Source of the DNA: a virus
Virus record (IMG/VR): IMGVR_UViG_3300036884_000495
Span: 53,625-117,624 of that record
Reading direction: 5' to 3' (one strand)
Length of the DNA stretch: 64,000 nucleotides
How positions within the stretch are numbered: the stretch's first letter is position 1; every line of letters begins with the position of its first letter. The notes under the pieces were generated by a model. The model was not told the DNA's origin. It saw only the letters and a program-made list of their open reading frames with translations, and searched no databases. Positions 45,301 to 54,198 of the stretch are shown here, in pieces. The position numbers were made by a program, and so were the translations under genes.

Positions 45301-45638
45301 ACTCCAACCAAGCAGCGATCAACTACACCCGCCGTGAGGCAAAGGCAGATCCGAAACGAGATCTTGGACAGGTTCTCAATGAGCCGGCCCTTTCGTCGAG
45401 CACGGATAGCACGCTTCGCTCCGTCCTTGAGCACACGGAGTCTGCCGGTGCGAAGATCGCCAGTGCAAGCCTCACCAAGGTGGCCGCGGCGCGCGCCATC
45501 CTGAACAAGTTGGCACAGGCACAACCCACAAAGGTGGCCGCCGGTGGCAAGAAAAAGAAGTTGTCCATGATGGGCGGGGGTGGGGCACCCAACAACCCCC
45601 AAGCAGCATCGGGTTTCAACGCAGCAAGCAGGATGTAG
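42321..45638 (+). CDS. Glycine-zipper polyprotein-like virion protein (1105 aa)
   Basis: Five Gly/Ala-rich GxxxG blocks separated by KxA linkers, flanked by acidic Pro-rich domains. Confidence 0.8.
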   Translation: MAQGFRKRADAIGSGTPDASTAPARMAPVPQPAVENKPAPGLKGPTGLGGRTTYSRVNTGLPPTSDMGASAMKSEAPRGLEFLPKTAAQEIIMKTTSGRPSLQDLVKTAMAGAVGRVDVSLEAARQIANGGGAPPTQTKTASVKAAASIPTGSVTKLASALDYVARQMNPKLAAIELSGGSESGVGPGEGPGALEVMESNVGGENIDAGEGGRAREQPPLNPAQQKDPTRPSDPGTGMETNDAMEHPEQPVEPISNEKTTLTTEGQKAASVHANNLITLGLAKIAYDAHGRPRLVKTALELPGTTRFADFPNHLDVRGIAEGLGGAAVGGAGGAALGHALGGDLAGGAIGGGVGGLAGGALGQLALNRYTGGHGAAVGGLAGGLAGGLGGAGIGRLVRGQPQPKEASFRKTSAPVQLPLDTGHLALDTRGLGEGLGGAAVGGAGGAALGHALGGDLAGGAIGGGVGGLAGGALGQLALNRYTGGHGAAAGGALGGLAGGLGGAGIGRLVRGQPQPKEASLRKTAGAHKQADFAGTAGNVANTAGGAALGTATGALKGTAVGGLAGGLGGTYLGSRIGGKTMTGKVIGGIAGGLLGTAAGGAVGAGVGGVSGGLAGGRKGLIQQQPKMASVKRAGEHSDVETHLGRAGGLAGGLAGGAGGWHGGEQLANAVGVNNHNVKSIAAGAGMAVGALGGYHAGKHLGGLAGKVVDKGITEGHKSLDKKEASARIKQAAALMAKIAFDDALQDQAARHAVVQGGTGLGALGGALMGGHQGIAEGPGGYALGGLGGYALGGLGGAGMIGGLTGLGEGGLGGAARGAGGAMVGAGLGSATGFLGGGAVGGVAGGLLGAGIGGVHGAITQRSLAGAGQGALAGAGTGALLGGTAGASLGMGAGMMEGAGTGYDIAQHSQRLMDRSGADLDAREAAEAAKQASAYARNLAALGLSKQAEDAINPAQISAGRITDIGPNPPDGATESGEGQPSEPSDVTSQKRLIDSNQAAINYTRREAKADPKRDLGQVLNEPALSSSTDSTLRSVLEHTESAGAKIASASLTKVAAARAILNKLAQAQPTKVAAGGKKKKLSMMGGGGAPNNPQAASGFNAASRM
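43281..43889 (+). repeat. Duplicated glycine-zipper module (two 273-bp copies, 336-bp period)
   Basis: 43281-43553 and 43617-43889 encode near-identical EGLGGAAVGG...GQPQPKEAS-x-RKT, mostly with synonymous differences. Confidence 0.92.
44655..44702 (+). repeat. 24-bp tandem duplication (GGYALGGL x2)
   Basis: GGCGGATACGCTCTGGGGGGCCTT x2. Confidence 0.9.
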
Positions 45639-45646
45639 GAGGCGAC

Positions 45647-46033
45647 ATGGCACAGAAACTAGATCAAACCAAGGTCGCTCAAGTGCTCCGCGATGGGGCG
45701 ATCGCCCTTACCAAGGTGGCGGCTGAGCGTGATGCATACGCAGTAGCCAACGAGAAGTTGGCCGCTGAAAACAACACACTTCGTCTCCGCATGGAGGCGG
45801 AGAAGGTGGCGATGGACATGCACGATAAGGGCATTCATTCCAGCGTCCCCTTCGAGCGGCTCGTCGAGCAACTTGAGAAGAGGGCACACGCAGACCCGCA
45901 TGGGTTTGCTGTGACTCGCGAGGCTGTCGGCCTCACGGGTCCGGACATGAGCAAGACCGCCTCGGTCGCCAGCGATGTACAAGCGCCGTCCGGCTCGGAC
46001 TTCGAGCGCTTTATCTTCGGAAACGTCGGCTAA
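45647..46033 (+). CDS. Small coiled-coil scaffold-like protein
   Basis: AGGAGG RBS; 6 of 8 Lys are K-x-A; C-terminal amphipathic helix SDFERFIFG. Confidence 0.7.
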   Translation: MAQKLDQTKVAQVLRDGAIALTKVAAERDAYAVANEKLAAENNTLRLRMEAEKVAMDMHDKGIHSSVPFERLVEQLEKRAHADPHGFAVTREAVGLTGPDMSKTASVASDVQAPSGSDFERFIFGNVG

Positions 46034-46068
46034 CACAAGCAACAATAAGCAATAGGAGAATCTGCAAG

Positions 46069-46611
46069 ATGACTACGCTACGTGAGAACTTCAAGCCGGT
46101 GACCGATGTCATTCCGACAATCCGCCGCGACTTCCCCCTCTTCGATCCGTCGCTCGCCGACCCGATGAACGCGCATTCCCTCCTCGATGGGGAGTGGATG
46201 ACGCTGGATGCGGGTACCGGTAAGCTGATTCGCTCGGCAGACGTCGCCAGCGTCGGCAACTCTGCGGGCAACAACTTCTCGTGGCCTCTGTGGGCAGAGA
46301 ACGGCCGCTACGACATTCAAGCGATGTCCGATCGCAAGTGTCCGATCATTTGGTTGAACCAATGGGAGTTCGAGACCCGCATCTACGACGCGGCGGCGAC
46401 CATCGGCAGCGGCGCGGCGATCAGTGCGCGCTTCCAAGGCGTGAAGGTTGCCAGCATCTCGCTCGGTGGCGTTTACGGTGTGCGTACCCTCAGCGGCCTT
46501 GTGGGCGCCGGCGCTGCCGGAGCCGACGCAGACCAAATCGTCGCACGTGTGACCCGCCTCCCCGCAGAAAACAGCGGCTGGCTCCGCATCCGCGGTGGGA
46601 TGCTTTACTAA
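46069..46611 (+). CDS. Putative capsid decoration/cement protein
   Basis: AGGAG RBS, beta-rich 180 aa, directly upstream of the major capsid gene. Confidence 0.55.
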   Translation: MTTLRENFKPVTDVIPTIRRDFPLFDPSLADPMNAHSLLDGEWMTLDAGTGKLIRSADVASVGNSAGNNFSWPLWAENGRYDIQAMSDRKCPIIWLNQWEFETRIYDAAATIGSGAAISARFQGVKVASISLGGVYGVRTLSGLVGAGAAGADADQIVARVTRLPAENSGWLRIRGGMLY

Positions 46612-46656
46612 GCCCCCGCGTAACAGCAACTCAAAAGGATTAAGGAGACTACTAAA

Positions 46657-47778
46657 ATGTCATCGGCCCGTACTGTCAATGATCTGTTCAATACACGCCT
46701 GGGTGAGCCCGGCGGCAAAGAGAAGCTAGCTGCCTACGGTGGCAGCTATGTTCGCGATCGTCTTCGCGAGGTTTCGTTCGTTCGCAAGATCCTCCCCCCG
46801 GAACAGGTCACGCGTACGGACTGCCAACGCTCCACCAAGCACGACACGCTCGTGAAGCTTGTGGACGTGGAGCCCAAGAGCCGCGCGATGGCGATCTCGT
46901 TCCGCGGCCAACCCACGGCGCGCTTCATCCGCGGTGAGCGCGCAGAGATTGCGTTCTTCACCATCTCCTCGGAAGTCTTCCAGAAGACGGAGCAAGAACT
47001 CCTCGCCTACGAAATGCCCATCACCAAGGTCATCGAAGAGAACTCGGTGAAGGACATCCAAGAGATCGAGGACCGCGAGTTCGTCATCCACATCGAGTCC
47101 GCCGTCCAGGCGCTCCAACAGGAAGCGAACGGCGGAATCATCACCACGCTCAATGCGACTGCGCTCCAGGGCTTGGCGCCTCCCATCGAGTTCTCGGTTC
47201 GTAAGGGTGAACTTGCACGCGCTTCAGCCACCAACGATGCAGTGGTTCGCCCCCTGCAACGCAAGGACCTTGTTGAAGGCTTCAAGTTGATCGACGGCAA
47301 TCGCCTCCGCTGCGAGCGCTTCCTCCTCACTGAGGTGGACTTCGACGACGTGCTGTCGTGGACCGTGGAAGACAACGGCGATCGTATCCAATCGGAAACG
47401 ACTGTCGACGGCTACAAGTACAACCTCTTGATCGGACGCCCGTACATCCGCACTGTCAAGACGGACATCCTCCGCCGTGGCAACGTGTACTTCTTCACGG
47501 CACCCGAGTACTTCGGCAAGTTCTACGTCCTGAACCAGACCAAGTTCTACATCGACAAGGTGGCGAACATGATCACGTTCCAGGCGTGGGAAGACATCGC
47601 CATGGCGGTCATCAACATCGGTTCGGTTCGTAAGATCGAACTCTACTCGGCAGACGCCTCGCCGAACAACGCGGACACGCTGCTCTCCAACTTCATCCCG
47701 ATGGCAGAAGACCAACTCGGAGCGATCAACAATCGCGTGGGTGACGGTCTGAAGTTCCCCCAGGTGAACTCGAACTAG
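46657..47778 (+). CDS. Major capsid protein
   Basis: TAAGGAG RBS, strongly biased codons, 373 aa, RDRLREVSFVRKILP and KDIQEIED spine-helix-like segments, followed by a terminator; position after protease/scaffold. Confidence 0.8.
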   Translation: MSSARTVNDLFNTRLGEPGGKEKLAAYGGSYVRDRLREVSFVRKILPPEQVTRTDCQRSTKHDTLVKLVDVEPKSRAMAISFRGQPTARFIRGERAEIAFFTISSEVFQKTEQELLAYEMPITKVIEENSVKDIQEIEDREFVIHIESAVQALQQEANGGIITTLNATALQGLAPPIEFSVRKGELARASATNDAVVRPLQRKDLVEGFKLIDGNRLRCERFLLTEVDFDDVLSWTVEDNGDRIQSETTVDGYKYNLLIGRPYIRTVKTDILRRGNVYFFTAPEYFGKFYVLNQTKFYIDKVANMITFQAWEDIAMAVINIGSVRKIELYSADASPNNADTLLSNFIPMAEDQLGAINNRVGDGLKFPQVNSN

Positions 47779-47819
47779 TACTCGCCTGTGGGTGTATACC
47801 CGCGGTGTTAGCCCATGAC

Positions 47820-47859
47820 GAGGGCACCGGCGCCGGTCGTCGGTGTCCTCTTCTTGTTT
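47820..47859 (+). terminator. Intrinsic terminator after major capsid gene
   Basis: 13-bp stem GAGGGCACCGGCG / CGTCGGTGTCCTC (two G-U) followed by TTCTTGTTT. Confidence 0.75.
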
Positions 47860-47875
47860 GGAGTAAGCTAATCCT

Positions 47876-48400
47876 ATGGAACCTCAAAAAGTCTTCTACA
47901 TTCACAACACCACACGAGACCCCGCTACTCGTTCCCAGCGTCGTGGTCTTTGCGGCCCCGAGAGCAGCACGAAGAACCTCTTTATCGGTGGTCACCTTCG
48001 CGTAGTTCGTGGTCGGCCCTCCCCCGTCACCGAATCCTTTGTGCGCGCGAACCGCATTGACCTTGCGGACAAAGAAGCCAAGGGACTGGTTGTTGTGTAC
48101 ACGCACAACAGCAAACGCGTGAACCTTGAGACGATGGAACCGCGCCTCAACGCCCCTCCTCCCCCAGTACATTGCGAAGATGTTGTGGTGGTCGAGTCCG
48201 CGGACGACACGTCGTCGTTGATTCCAAACGACGAGATCTCCTGCGCAGACGACGCTCCTCTCAAGATTCTTGCAGAAGAAGCGCAGACAGGTGGCGAGCC
48301 GGAGGAAGTGCCGATGCCCTCTGAGGAGCCCGCTACTAACCCCGAAGTGTCGCTGCAAGAAGAACGATCGAATCCCTTTGGGAAGAAGCGACGACGGTAA
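47876..48400 (+). CDS. Hypothetical protein with acidic tail and basic C-terminus
   Basis: GGAG upstream; stop overlaps next start (TAATG). Confidence 0.65.
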   Translation: MEPQKVFYIHNTTRDPATRSQRRGLCGPESSTKNLFIGGHLRVVRGRPSPVTESFVRANRIDLADKEAKGLVVVYTHNSKRVNLETMEPRLNAPPPPVHCEDVVVVESADDTSSLIPNDEISCADDAPLKILAEEAQTGGEPEEVPMPSEEPATNPEVSLQEERSNPFGKKRRR

Positions 48401-48909
48401 TGGCTGCGCGGCTAGACAGCGTCCAAGCTATGAGCCCGGTCATGCAGGCATTCGTGCAGACCATTCGGCTCTTCATGCGCGATCACCCACAACTGAATCG
48501 GTTGGTGAAGGGCGAAGAGTCCAGCGATCGCATGGTGGCTTGGGCTGTTGTAGACGCCCTGTCTGACTTCAACGGAACGCCACCGCTCATTGGTACGTTC
48601 CGTCTTGAAGACCTCATTATGCGGAACCAGCAAGCGCTCCTCACGCGCATGGTGACCTGCTCCCTACTTGAGTCCGTGGGCCTTCTTCAAACACGCAACC
48701 ACATCAACTACTCCAACGGCGGCATCAACGTCGGCGTGAACGACAAGACACCCCTCATCATGAACTGGCTCCAGTACTTCAAAGGTACAACTGAGCAGAT
48801 GAAGTTGCGGGTCAAGACATCGTTCAACATCGAGCAGATTCTTGGGCCGACCAATCAAGGCGTTCACAGCGAGCTCTTTGCGATAAATTGTTCCTACCTA
48901 AGCTACTAG
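48400..48909 (+). CDS. Putative head-tail adaptor (neck) protein
   Basis: Helical 169 aa after the capsid gene; IRLFMRD...ALSDFNGTPP...NYSNGG pattern resembling adaptor proteins. Confidence 0.55.
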   Translation: MAARLDSVQAMSPVMQAFVQTIRLFMRDHPQLNRLVKGEESSDRMVAWAVVDALSDFNGTPPLIGTFRLEDLIMRNQQALLTRMVTCSLLESVGLLQTRNHINYSNGGINVGVNDKTPLIMNWLQYFKGTTEQMKLRVKTSFNIEQILGPTNQGVHSELFAINCSYLSY

Positions 48910-48918
48910 GAGTTTCTC

Positions 48919-49398
48919 ATGTTGAAGTTTCTTGAGTTCGACGTCATCAAGGACATGGAGTGCACCCTACAGGGTGGCATCTGGGGTGGCAGAAACATAG
49001 CTAGCCAGAACAAGGGCCGCATTCCAGGGCTGGATGGGAAGACGCTTATTTTTACGGTGCCTAGCTTGACCATCACCTTTTCAGATACAGTTGGCGAGGG
49101 GCTGACTCCGCAAGAGATTGTAATGCAGATCGTGACCGCGGATCACTCCATCGTCCCCTTCTGGCGCGATCAAAACCTGCACATGGTACGCGCTGCCTGG
49201 GAGGGTGCGGGGATTACGTTGTCGTGGTCAGGGACGGCAAACCCTATCTTCGGATTTAGCTCCGCAACCGAGACCGCGGGCACGTATTACAACGGACCTA
49301 GTGGCGAACTGCCGCGCGTGTTGGAGACCAACAATAAGAGTCGGTTGGACGGCTACTACGCGCTGGTTGAGATAGCAAACCCGGCGCGGCCCCGATAA
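48919..49398 (+). CDS. Hypothetical virion protein
   Basis: AGGAG RBS; LDGKTLIF...ITFSD..GEGLTP resembles a segment of the sheath protein (LDGEELVL...LAFSDPAGSGLTP). Confidence 0.6.
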   Translation: MLKFLEFDVIKDMECTLQGGIWGGRNIASQNKGRIPGLDGKTLIFTVPSLTITFSDTVGEGLTPQEIVMQIVTADHSIVPFWRDQNLHMVRAAWEGAGITLSWSGTANPIFGFSSATETAGTYYNGPSGELPRVLETNNKSRLDGYYALVEIANPARPR

Positions 49399-49422
49399 CA
49401 CCAGACAGCGGAGAAGTTTGAT

Positions 49423-51600
49423 ATGAACACATTCGAACGTGCCCTCTTCGGCGAAGAAGTACAGATCCCCCTCCACGAAGCAAGCTCCTTCTTCTTGGAC
49501 ATGCGTAGGCCCTCTGTGAAGACAGCGAGTCGCATGTCCAAGACCGCGGGCTGGGAAGACCCGCCCGATGAAACAGGTGTACTCGAGGGGCAGTTCGAAG
49601 TCCCCGTCGAGAGCGCCGTGAACTTGATGGGCAATGCCGCCATGCTGCTCCTGCGGCTGATGACGGCCGGTCTTATCTACGCCGAGAGCATCCGCGGCGC
49701 CTTTGCGGGCGAAGTGAAGAGCGCCTTGCGTGGCAGCGAGTGGGACCACAAGCAAGCCTTCGAGTACTTGATTGGTCGCATGAGCGTTCTCGCCGGCGCA
49801 CCACACGTGCCTGAAGTTGACATGCCTCCTCCCAGTACGGAACCGATTGCTGTCGCACAGCGAATGATTCGCGCCGAGCAAGAGATGCTCAACGCCTACC
49901 ACGAGCTGTGTGCCGTCCTCGGTAAGAATCCGATGAAGGAAAAGATCAAGTGCTTCATGGGGCAGTGCCAACAGCACCTCGACGCCTACTGGATGGCCAT
50001 CCCCCCGGAGTACGGCGAAAAGCCGATGACTCCTCAGCCCCCTGTGACGTTGGCGCACAACGAAGAGAACGAGACCCCAGAACAAGAGGCGGTAGAGAGC
50101 CCCGAGTTCGAGGCCGCCGAACAAGCGGCAGGTGTCGAGCAGCCGCAAGAAGAAGCGCCAAAGACTGCCGGCGCTACGTTTGCACAGTTGGCTGCCCTCA
50201 TGGTGAAGGTGGCGAAAGAGGGCGTCTCGGACGCCGACCTCAAAGAGACTGGCCGTCAGCGCGCGGTCACCACCATCTCTGCTGAACACCATCGCGAGGC
50301 CGCTCGTCGCGGAGAGCGCGTTGGCCGTACTGCAGGTATGATCGCCGGTGCCGCTGGGGGTGGTGCACTGGCGCACAAGATCAGTAAGGGCCATCCCATT
50401 GCGACCATCGCGGGTGCTGCCCTTGGCGGTACTGCTGGTCGACATATTGGTGGTGAGCTTGGTACGGAGACGGACATCGCACGCCACAAGAGCGCCAGCG
50501 CGTACAAGACAGCGGCCGCTCACATGGTTGCTTGGATCAAGCAAGCCGACGATGCCGTTGCAGGCATGCCGGAAGCCGAAGCGCCGATGGCCTCGCCGAC
50601 GGACAACGCGGAACTTGCTCCCGTCAACTACATGAACGCGGAGATGATGGGGCAGAAGGCGCAGAACAAGGTCGAAGCCGCCTTCTATCGACAGAAGGTA
50701 CAAGCCGCCCAACAGCAGGCGCAACAAGCCACACAGGATGCCCAGCAACAAGTGCAAGCCATACAACAACAGTCCGCGCAGGCGATGGCAGATGCCGCAC
50801 AAGCAGACACCAAAGTGAAGGCGGCTCTCGATGAAGCCGTCAAGGCGCGCGACGAGGCATTGATGCAGACACAGACCGCGGCGCAGATGCGTATGGCTAC
50901 ACAGAACCTCCGCATGCAGTTGATGCAATTGGCGTCTGCCGATCCTACGGAACAAGCGGCGTTGAGCCTAGCAGCAACTACTGGCGGAGCCGCAGCAGCG
51001 ATGGCGCCTGGGGAAGCCCAGATGCCGGATGCCGGCCTCGCTGGCGGGCCTCCGAATCCTCCCGCGGCTGGTGACGGTGGCGGCGGTCCTCCGGGTGGGC
51101 CGGCAGGCGCAGCCCCAGATCAACAGACAGCACCCGGCGCCGCCCCTCCCGCAGGCTCGCCGGACATGAACGCCAATGCAGGCGCCCCGGGTCCCGACCC
51201 CAGCCTGGCCGACCCCACTAGTCAGCTCTCAAACAAGACGGGCGCCGCCCGCCATATGAAGAAGACAGCAGGCCCTATCGGCGGTGCTATTGGCGCGGGT
51301 GTGGGAGGCATTCACGGTGCAGTCAAAACACGCCTTGGAATCAAGGCAGGACTAGCCCCTGTGGAAGCCCGTATTGCGGAGTTGCAGGGGGCGCAGGACG
51401 GTAGCTATGGGCAGGCCGCCGCGCTTGCCAATGCCAGGTCGCTGCACGCTCAGCGCGGGCTCGCCATTGCGTATCCTGCACGGGTTACTGCGGGCAACGC
51501 CTTACAAGGGGCGATCAACGGCATGACTCTCGGTAACGGTGCCGAGAACCTGGTGAGGGGGATGCCCGGTGTGATCGATAAGTTCAGAGGAAAGAAGTAG
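49423..51600 (+). CDS. Multi-module virion protein: ferritin-like bundle, glycine zippers, Q/A coiled coil
   Basis: Modules bounded by KTAS/KTAG/KTAA/KQAD; YLIGRMSVLAGAP...IRAEQEMLNAY...QHLD resembles a ferritin/Dps four-helix bundle. Confidence 0.7.
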   Translation: MNTFERALFGEEVQIPLHEASSFFLDMRRPSVKTASRMSKTAGWEDPPDETGVLEGQFEVPVESAVNLMGNAAMLLLRLMTAGLIYAESIRGAFAGEVKSALRGSEWDHKQAFEYLIGRMSVLAGAPHVPEVDMPPPSTEPIAVAQRMIRAEQEMLNAYHELCAVLGKNPMKEKIKCFMGQCQQHLDAYWMAIPPEYGEKPMTPQPPVTLAHNEENETPEQEAVESPEFEAAEQAAGVEQPQEEAPKTAGATFAQLAALMVKVAKEGVSDADLKETGRQRAVTTISAEHHREAARRGERVGRTAGMIAGAAGGGALAHKISKGHPIATIAGAALGGTAGRHIGGELGTETDIARHKSASAYKTAAAHMVAWIKQADDAVAGMPEAEAPMASPTDNAELAPVNYMNAEMMGQKAQNKVEAAFYRQKVQAAQQQAQQATQDAQQQVQAIQQQSAQAMADAAQADTKVKAALDEAVKARDEALMQTQTAAQMRMATQNLRMQLMQLASADPTEQAALSLAATTGGAAAAMAPGEAQMPDAGLAGGPPNPPAAGDGGGGPPGGPAGAAPDQQTAPGAAPPAGSPDMNANAGAPGPDPSLADPTSQLSNKTGAARHMKKTAGPIGGAIGAGVGGIHGAVKTRLGIKAGLAPVEARIAELQGAQDGSYGQAAALANARSLHAQRGLAIAYPARVTAGNALQGAINGMTLGNGAENLVRGMPGVIDKFRGKK

Positions 51601-51609
51601 GAGTCTGTC

Positions 51610-52893
51610 ATGCTCGATGCGTTTCTAGGTGTACTAGTCAAGAAAGCCTCCGATGAGCAGGCTGTGGACAAACTTGCGCACGCGATGGAGAGCCTCCCTA
51701 TGGAGGATCTTCAGAAGCTTGCTTCTGGTTTCAACACCAAGCAGGCCTTTGGCTGCGGCGAAGACGAAGACTTGAAGTGGCTCTCGTCCTACGAGGACAC
51801 CCCCCTGTACGACAAGGCGATGGCGCTCCAAGAAGAACTCCTCAAGGTACAAGCTGCGCGCATTGAGAGTCGCATGGCGCGACCAGAGCCCTCCCCAGAC
51901 TTCTACCAGCAGGAGGACATGATCCGCCTGCACAAGCGCATGCTCGACCTCGAACTCTCCAAGCTTCGTCACACAGAAGACGCGGGTGGCGAAGAAGAAC
52001 TTGAGGAAGAAGAGGCCGAGGTTCCTCCCGCAGAAGACAAGCCGATCGACGAGAAGGCAGCCGCTGCCAACTTCGATAACTGGCTTACGCAGGATGCGAA
52101 GGCAGATTGGTTGCCTAAGACAGCAGGTATTGGCGGCATGATGGGCGGACTTGCCGGCGGCATTGCCGGCAGTCACTATGCGGGCAAACTTGGAGGCGGT
52201 CTCGTCTCCAAGACCCTCGGAGTCAGCGCGGGCCTTGGCAAGAACATCGCAGAAGGTGTTGGCGGTATGGCGGGTGGCATGGTCGGCGATGCTGTCATGG
52301 GCAACAAGCAAGCAGCCGCTTACTTCGACTACGCGGGGCGTGCGCTTGCACACTCTGAGTACGGGAAAACAGCCGCGGATGAGAACGCCCTCGCGACGGC
52401 AATAAACAAGAAACACGAGGAGCTGCGCTCACAGTACGGAGACGACATTCCCCGAGATACTGCGCGTTGGAATGCATACCATGAGGATACTGCCATACCT
52501 TTGCTTAGGAATGGGCAGGCGATGGCAAAGGCTGAGTACGGTAAGAATCGCTCTGCAATGGGTGGTGTACAAGGCGCTCTAGTAGGGGGTGCGCTCGGCG
52601 GCCTGGGTGGCTACGCTCTTGGGCGTGGTGAAGGTATCGGAGGCGCGGGTGCGCTGGGCGGCGCGCTAATGGGCGCTGGCATTGGCGGCGTGGCTGGTGA
52701 CGCTTGGAACGAATCCTCGGCACATGGTAAGGGCGTAGCCGCAAGCAAGCCTGTGATGGATGCGCTGAGAACACACGGGAGCGTTGACGGAGACCCTGTG
52801 CGCGACTACCTCATGGGTTATAGCGCCAAGAGCATACCGGACACATATAAAACCGCAGCAGTTCGCATGGTGAAAGCCGCGCTAGGCCGCTAA
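51610..52893 (+). CDS. Glycine-zipper virion protein with KxA motifs (427 aa)
   Basis: Leader MLDAFLGVLVKKAS, acidic tract, two GxxxG blocks each following a KTA motif. Confidence 0.7.
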   Translation: MLDAFLGVLVKKASDEQAVDKLAHAMESLPMEDLQKLASGFNTKQAFGCGEDEDLKWLSSYEDTPLYDKAMALQEELLKVQAARIESRMARPEPSPDFYQQEDMIRLHKRMLDLELSKLRHTEDAGGEEELEEEEAEVPPAEDKPIDEKAAAANFDNWLTQDAKADWLPKTAGIGGMMGGLAGGIAGSHYAGKLGGGLVSKTLGVSAGLGKNIAEGVGGMAGGMVGDAVMGNKQAAAYFDYAGRALAHSEYGKTAADENALATAINKKHEELRSQYGDDIPRDTARWNAYHEDTAIPLLRNGQAMAKAEYGKNRSAMGGVQGALVGGALGGLGGYALGRGEGIGGAGALGGALMGAGIGGVAGDAWNESSAHGKGVAASKPVMDALRTHGSVDGDPVRDYLMGYSAKSIPDTYKTAAVRMVKAALGR

Positions 52894-53792
52894 TGCCAAC
52901 CCTGGAAGTACGTAAGGTCCGCATCCTCTCGTTGTCCCTCGACTACAACCAGATCACCTGGGAGGTCGGGGACACGACCGAGGATGTTTTGGACTACACC
53001 TTCCAGGTGTTTCGCGCCGAGTCCGTCTCAGGGCCTTACGAGCCCATCTCGAAGGAGCTCGAAGACATCTTCTTGTTCATCGACAATCTGGTGAAGGTGG
53101 GGAACATCTACCGCCAGTACCAGTACAAGATTCGCACGCGCCACAAACCTTCTGGCAACACCACGGACACAGAGCCGTTCCAGAAGGCACCCGAGCCTAC
53201 GCTCATCGCAGAAGAACTGCGGACGCATCTCAATATCCTGATGCACGAATTCATTGGGCGGCGGTGCTGGCTGCTGCCTATTCGTACCTTCGGACAACGT
53301 TGTTCTTGTTGGAATGCACGCCTTCAGAAGCGACGTATCAGCGGCTGCCGTCAGTGCTACGACACCGGATTTATTCGGGGCTACTACAAGCCGATTGAGA
53401 TCTGGGTGAGCATAGATCCCACGCCCGCAGTACAGCAGCCCACCAACAATGGACGGCTGCAACAGCAGTCAACGACAGGACGCATGTCCTTCTACCCACC
53501 GGTGAAGCCCGATGACGTTCTTGTGGAAGCCGAGAACATCCGGTGGACCATACGCAGCATCACGCCGACACAGGAGCAGCGTACAACGGTCACGCAGGAA
53601 CTTCAGATGTCCCGCATCGAATCGACGGACATCGAGTACCTCATTCCCATAGATCTGGGCGTACCCATGCAGGACATCTTGTACACGCCCTCGCGGAACT
53701 ACACGAACCCGTCGACGCTGGACACAGACCAACCCGACGAACTAGACTACCCAGGCATCTTCACGCTTTACCCCAACCCTACGTATCGGTGA
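52893..53792 (+). CDS. Putative neck/head-closure protein with Zn finger
   Basis: FN3-like N-terminus, RCSC...CRQCYDTGF Zn ribbon, KPDDVLVE...RW beta-barrel-like end; between head and tail genes. Confidence 0.55.
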   Translation: MPTLEVRKVRILSLSLDYNQITWEVGDTTEDVLDYTFQVFRAESVSGPYEPISKELEDIFLFIDNLVKVGNIYRQYQYKIRTRHKPSGNTTDTEPFQKAPEPTLIAEELRTHLNILMHEFIGRRCWLLPIRTFGQRCSCWNARLQKRRISGCRQCYDTGFIRGYYKPIEIWVSIDPTPAVQQPTNNGRLQQQSTTGRMSFYPPVKPDDVLVEAENIRWTIRSITPTQEQRTTVTQELQMSRIESTDIEYLIPIDLGVPMQDILYTPSRNYTNPSTLDTDQPDELDYPGIFTLYPNPTYR

Positions 53793-53796
53793 GGAC

Positions 53797-54198
53797 ATGG
53801 ACCAGACAACCAGCAACGCCTTCCTAGATGAACTGATGAAGATTGCCGCCGCAGATGTAGACGCTGCGACGGACTATCAGTCCGCTGTTACTCCTGACAA
53901 GCAAACGCCGCCGATGTACCGCCAGCACCCTGCACTGGATGTAGCCGCCGGTCTGGGTGGCTTCGCCCTGGGTGCGGGTATCGGCTATGGCGGTGCGCAC
54001 TTGGCGAACCGAGGCATCCAGGCGCTGGGTGGAGAGCCCCTCTCGCCTAGTACCGTAGGTGTGATCGCACCCGTTGCGGGGCTCGCCTCCGGTATAGGCT
54101 TCTCCTACCTTCAGCACAAGATCATGCAGCGGCTACACGAGCACGCGGAGAAGGGACCGACACGAGATGAGCAACACCCCACGGATACCGGGTTTTGA
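53797..54198 (+). CDS. Small glycine-zipper protein with AFLDELMKIA leader
   Basis: GAGGA RBS; NAFLDELMKIAA, then two hydrophobic Gly-rich helices. Confidence 0.7.
   Translation: MDQTTSNAFLDELMKIAAADVDAATDYQSAVTPDKQTPPMYRQHPALDVAAGLGGFALGAGIGYGGAHLANRGIQALGGEPLSPSTVGVIAPVAGLASGIGFSYLQHKIMQRLHEHAEKGPTRDEQHPTDTGF

Noticed and set aside
42321-45638. Tape measure protein, collagen-like fibre or PE-PGRS protein
   Set aside because: Located in the head operon, periodicity is GxxxG rather than Gly-X-Y, and there is no PE domain
49228-50955. 575-aa minus-strand ORF and other long antisense ORFs (30772..31722, 37179..38114, 57143..58216, 26878..27771)
   Set aside because: Shadow frames of high-GC3 + strand genes; Arg/Leu/His-rich with no motifs
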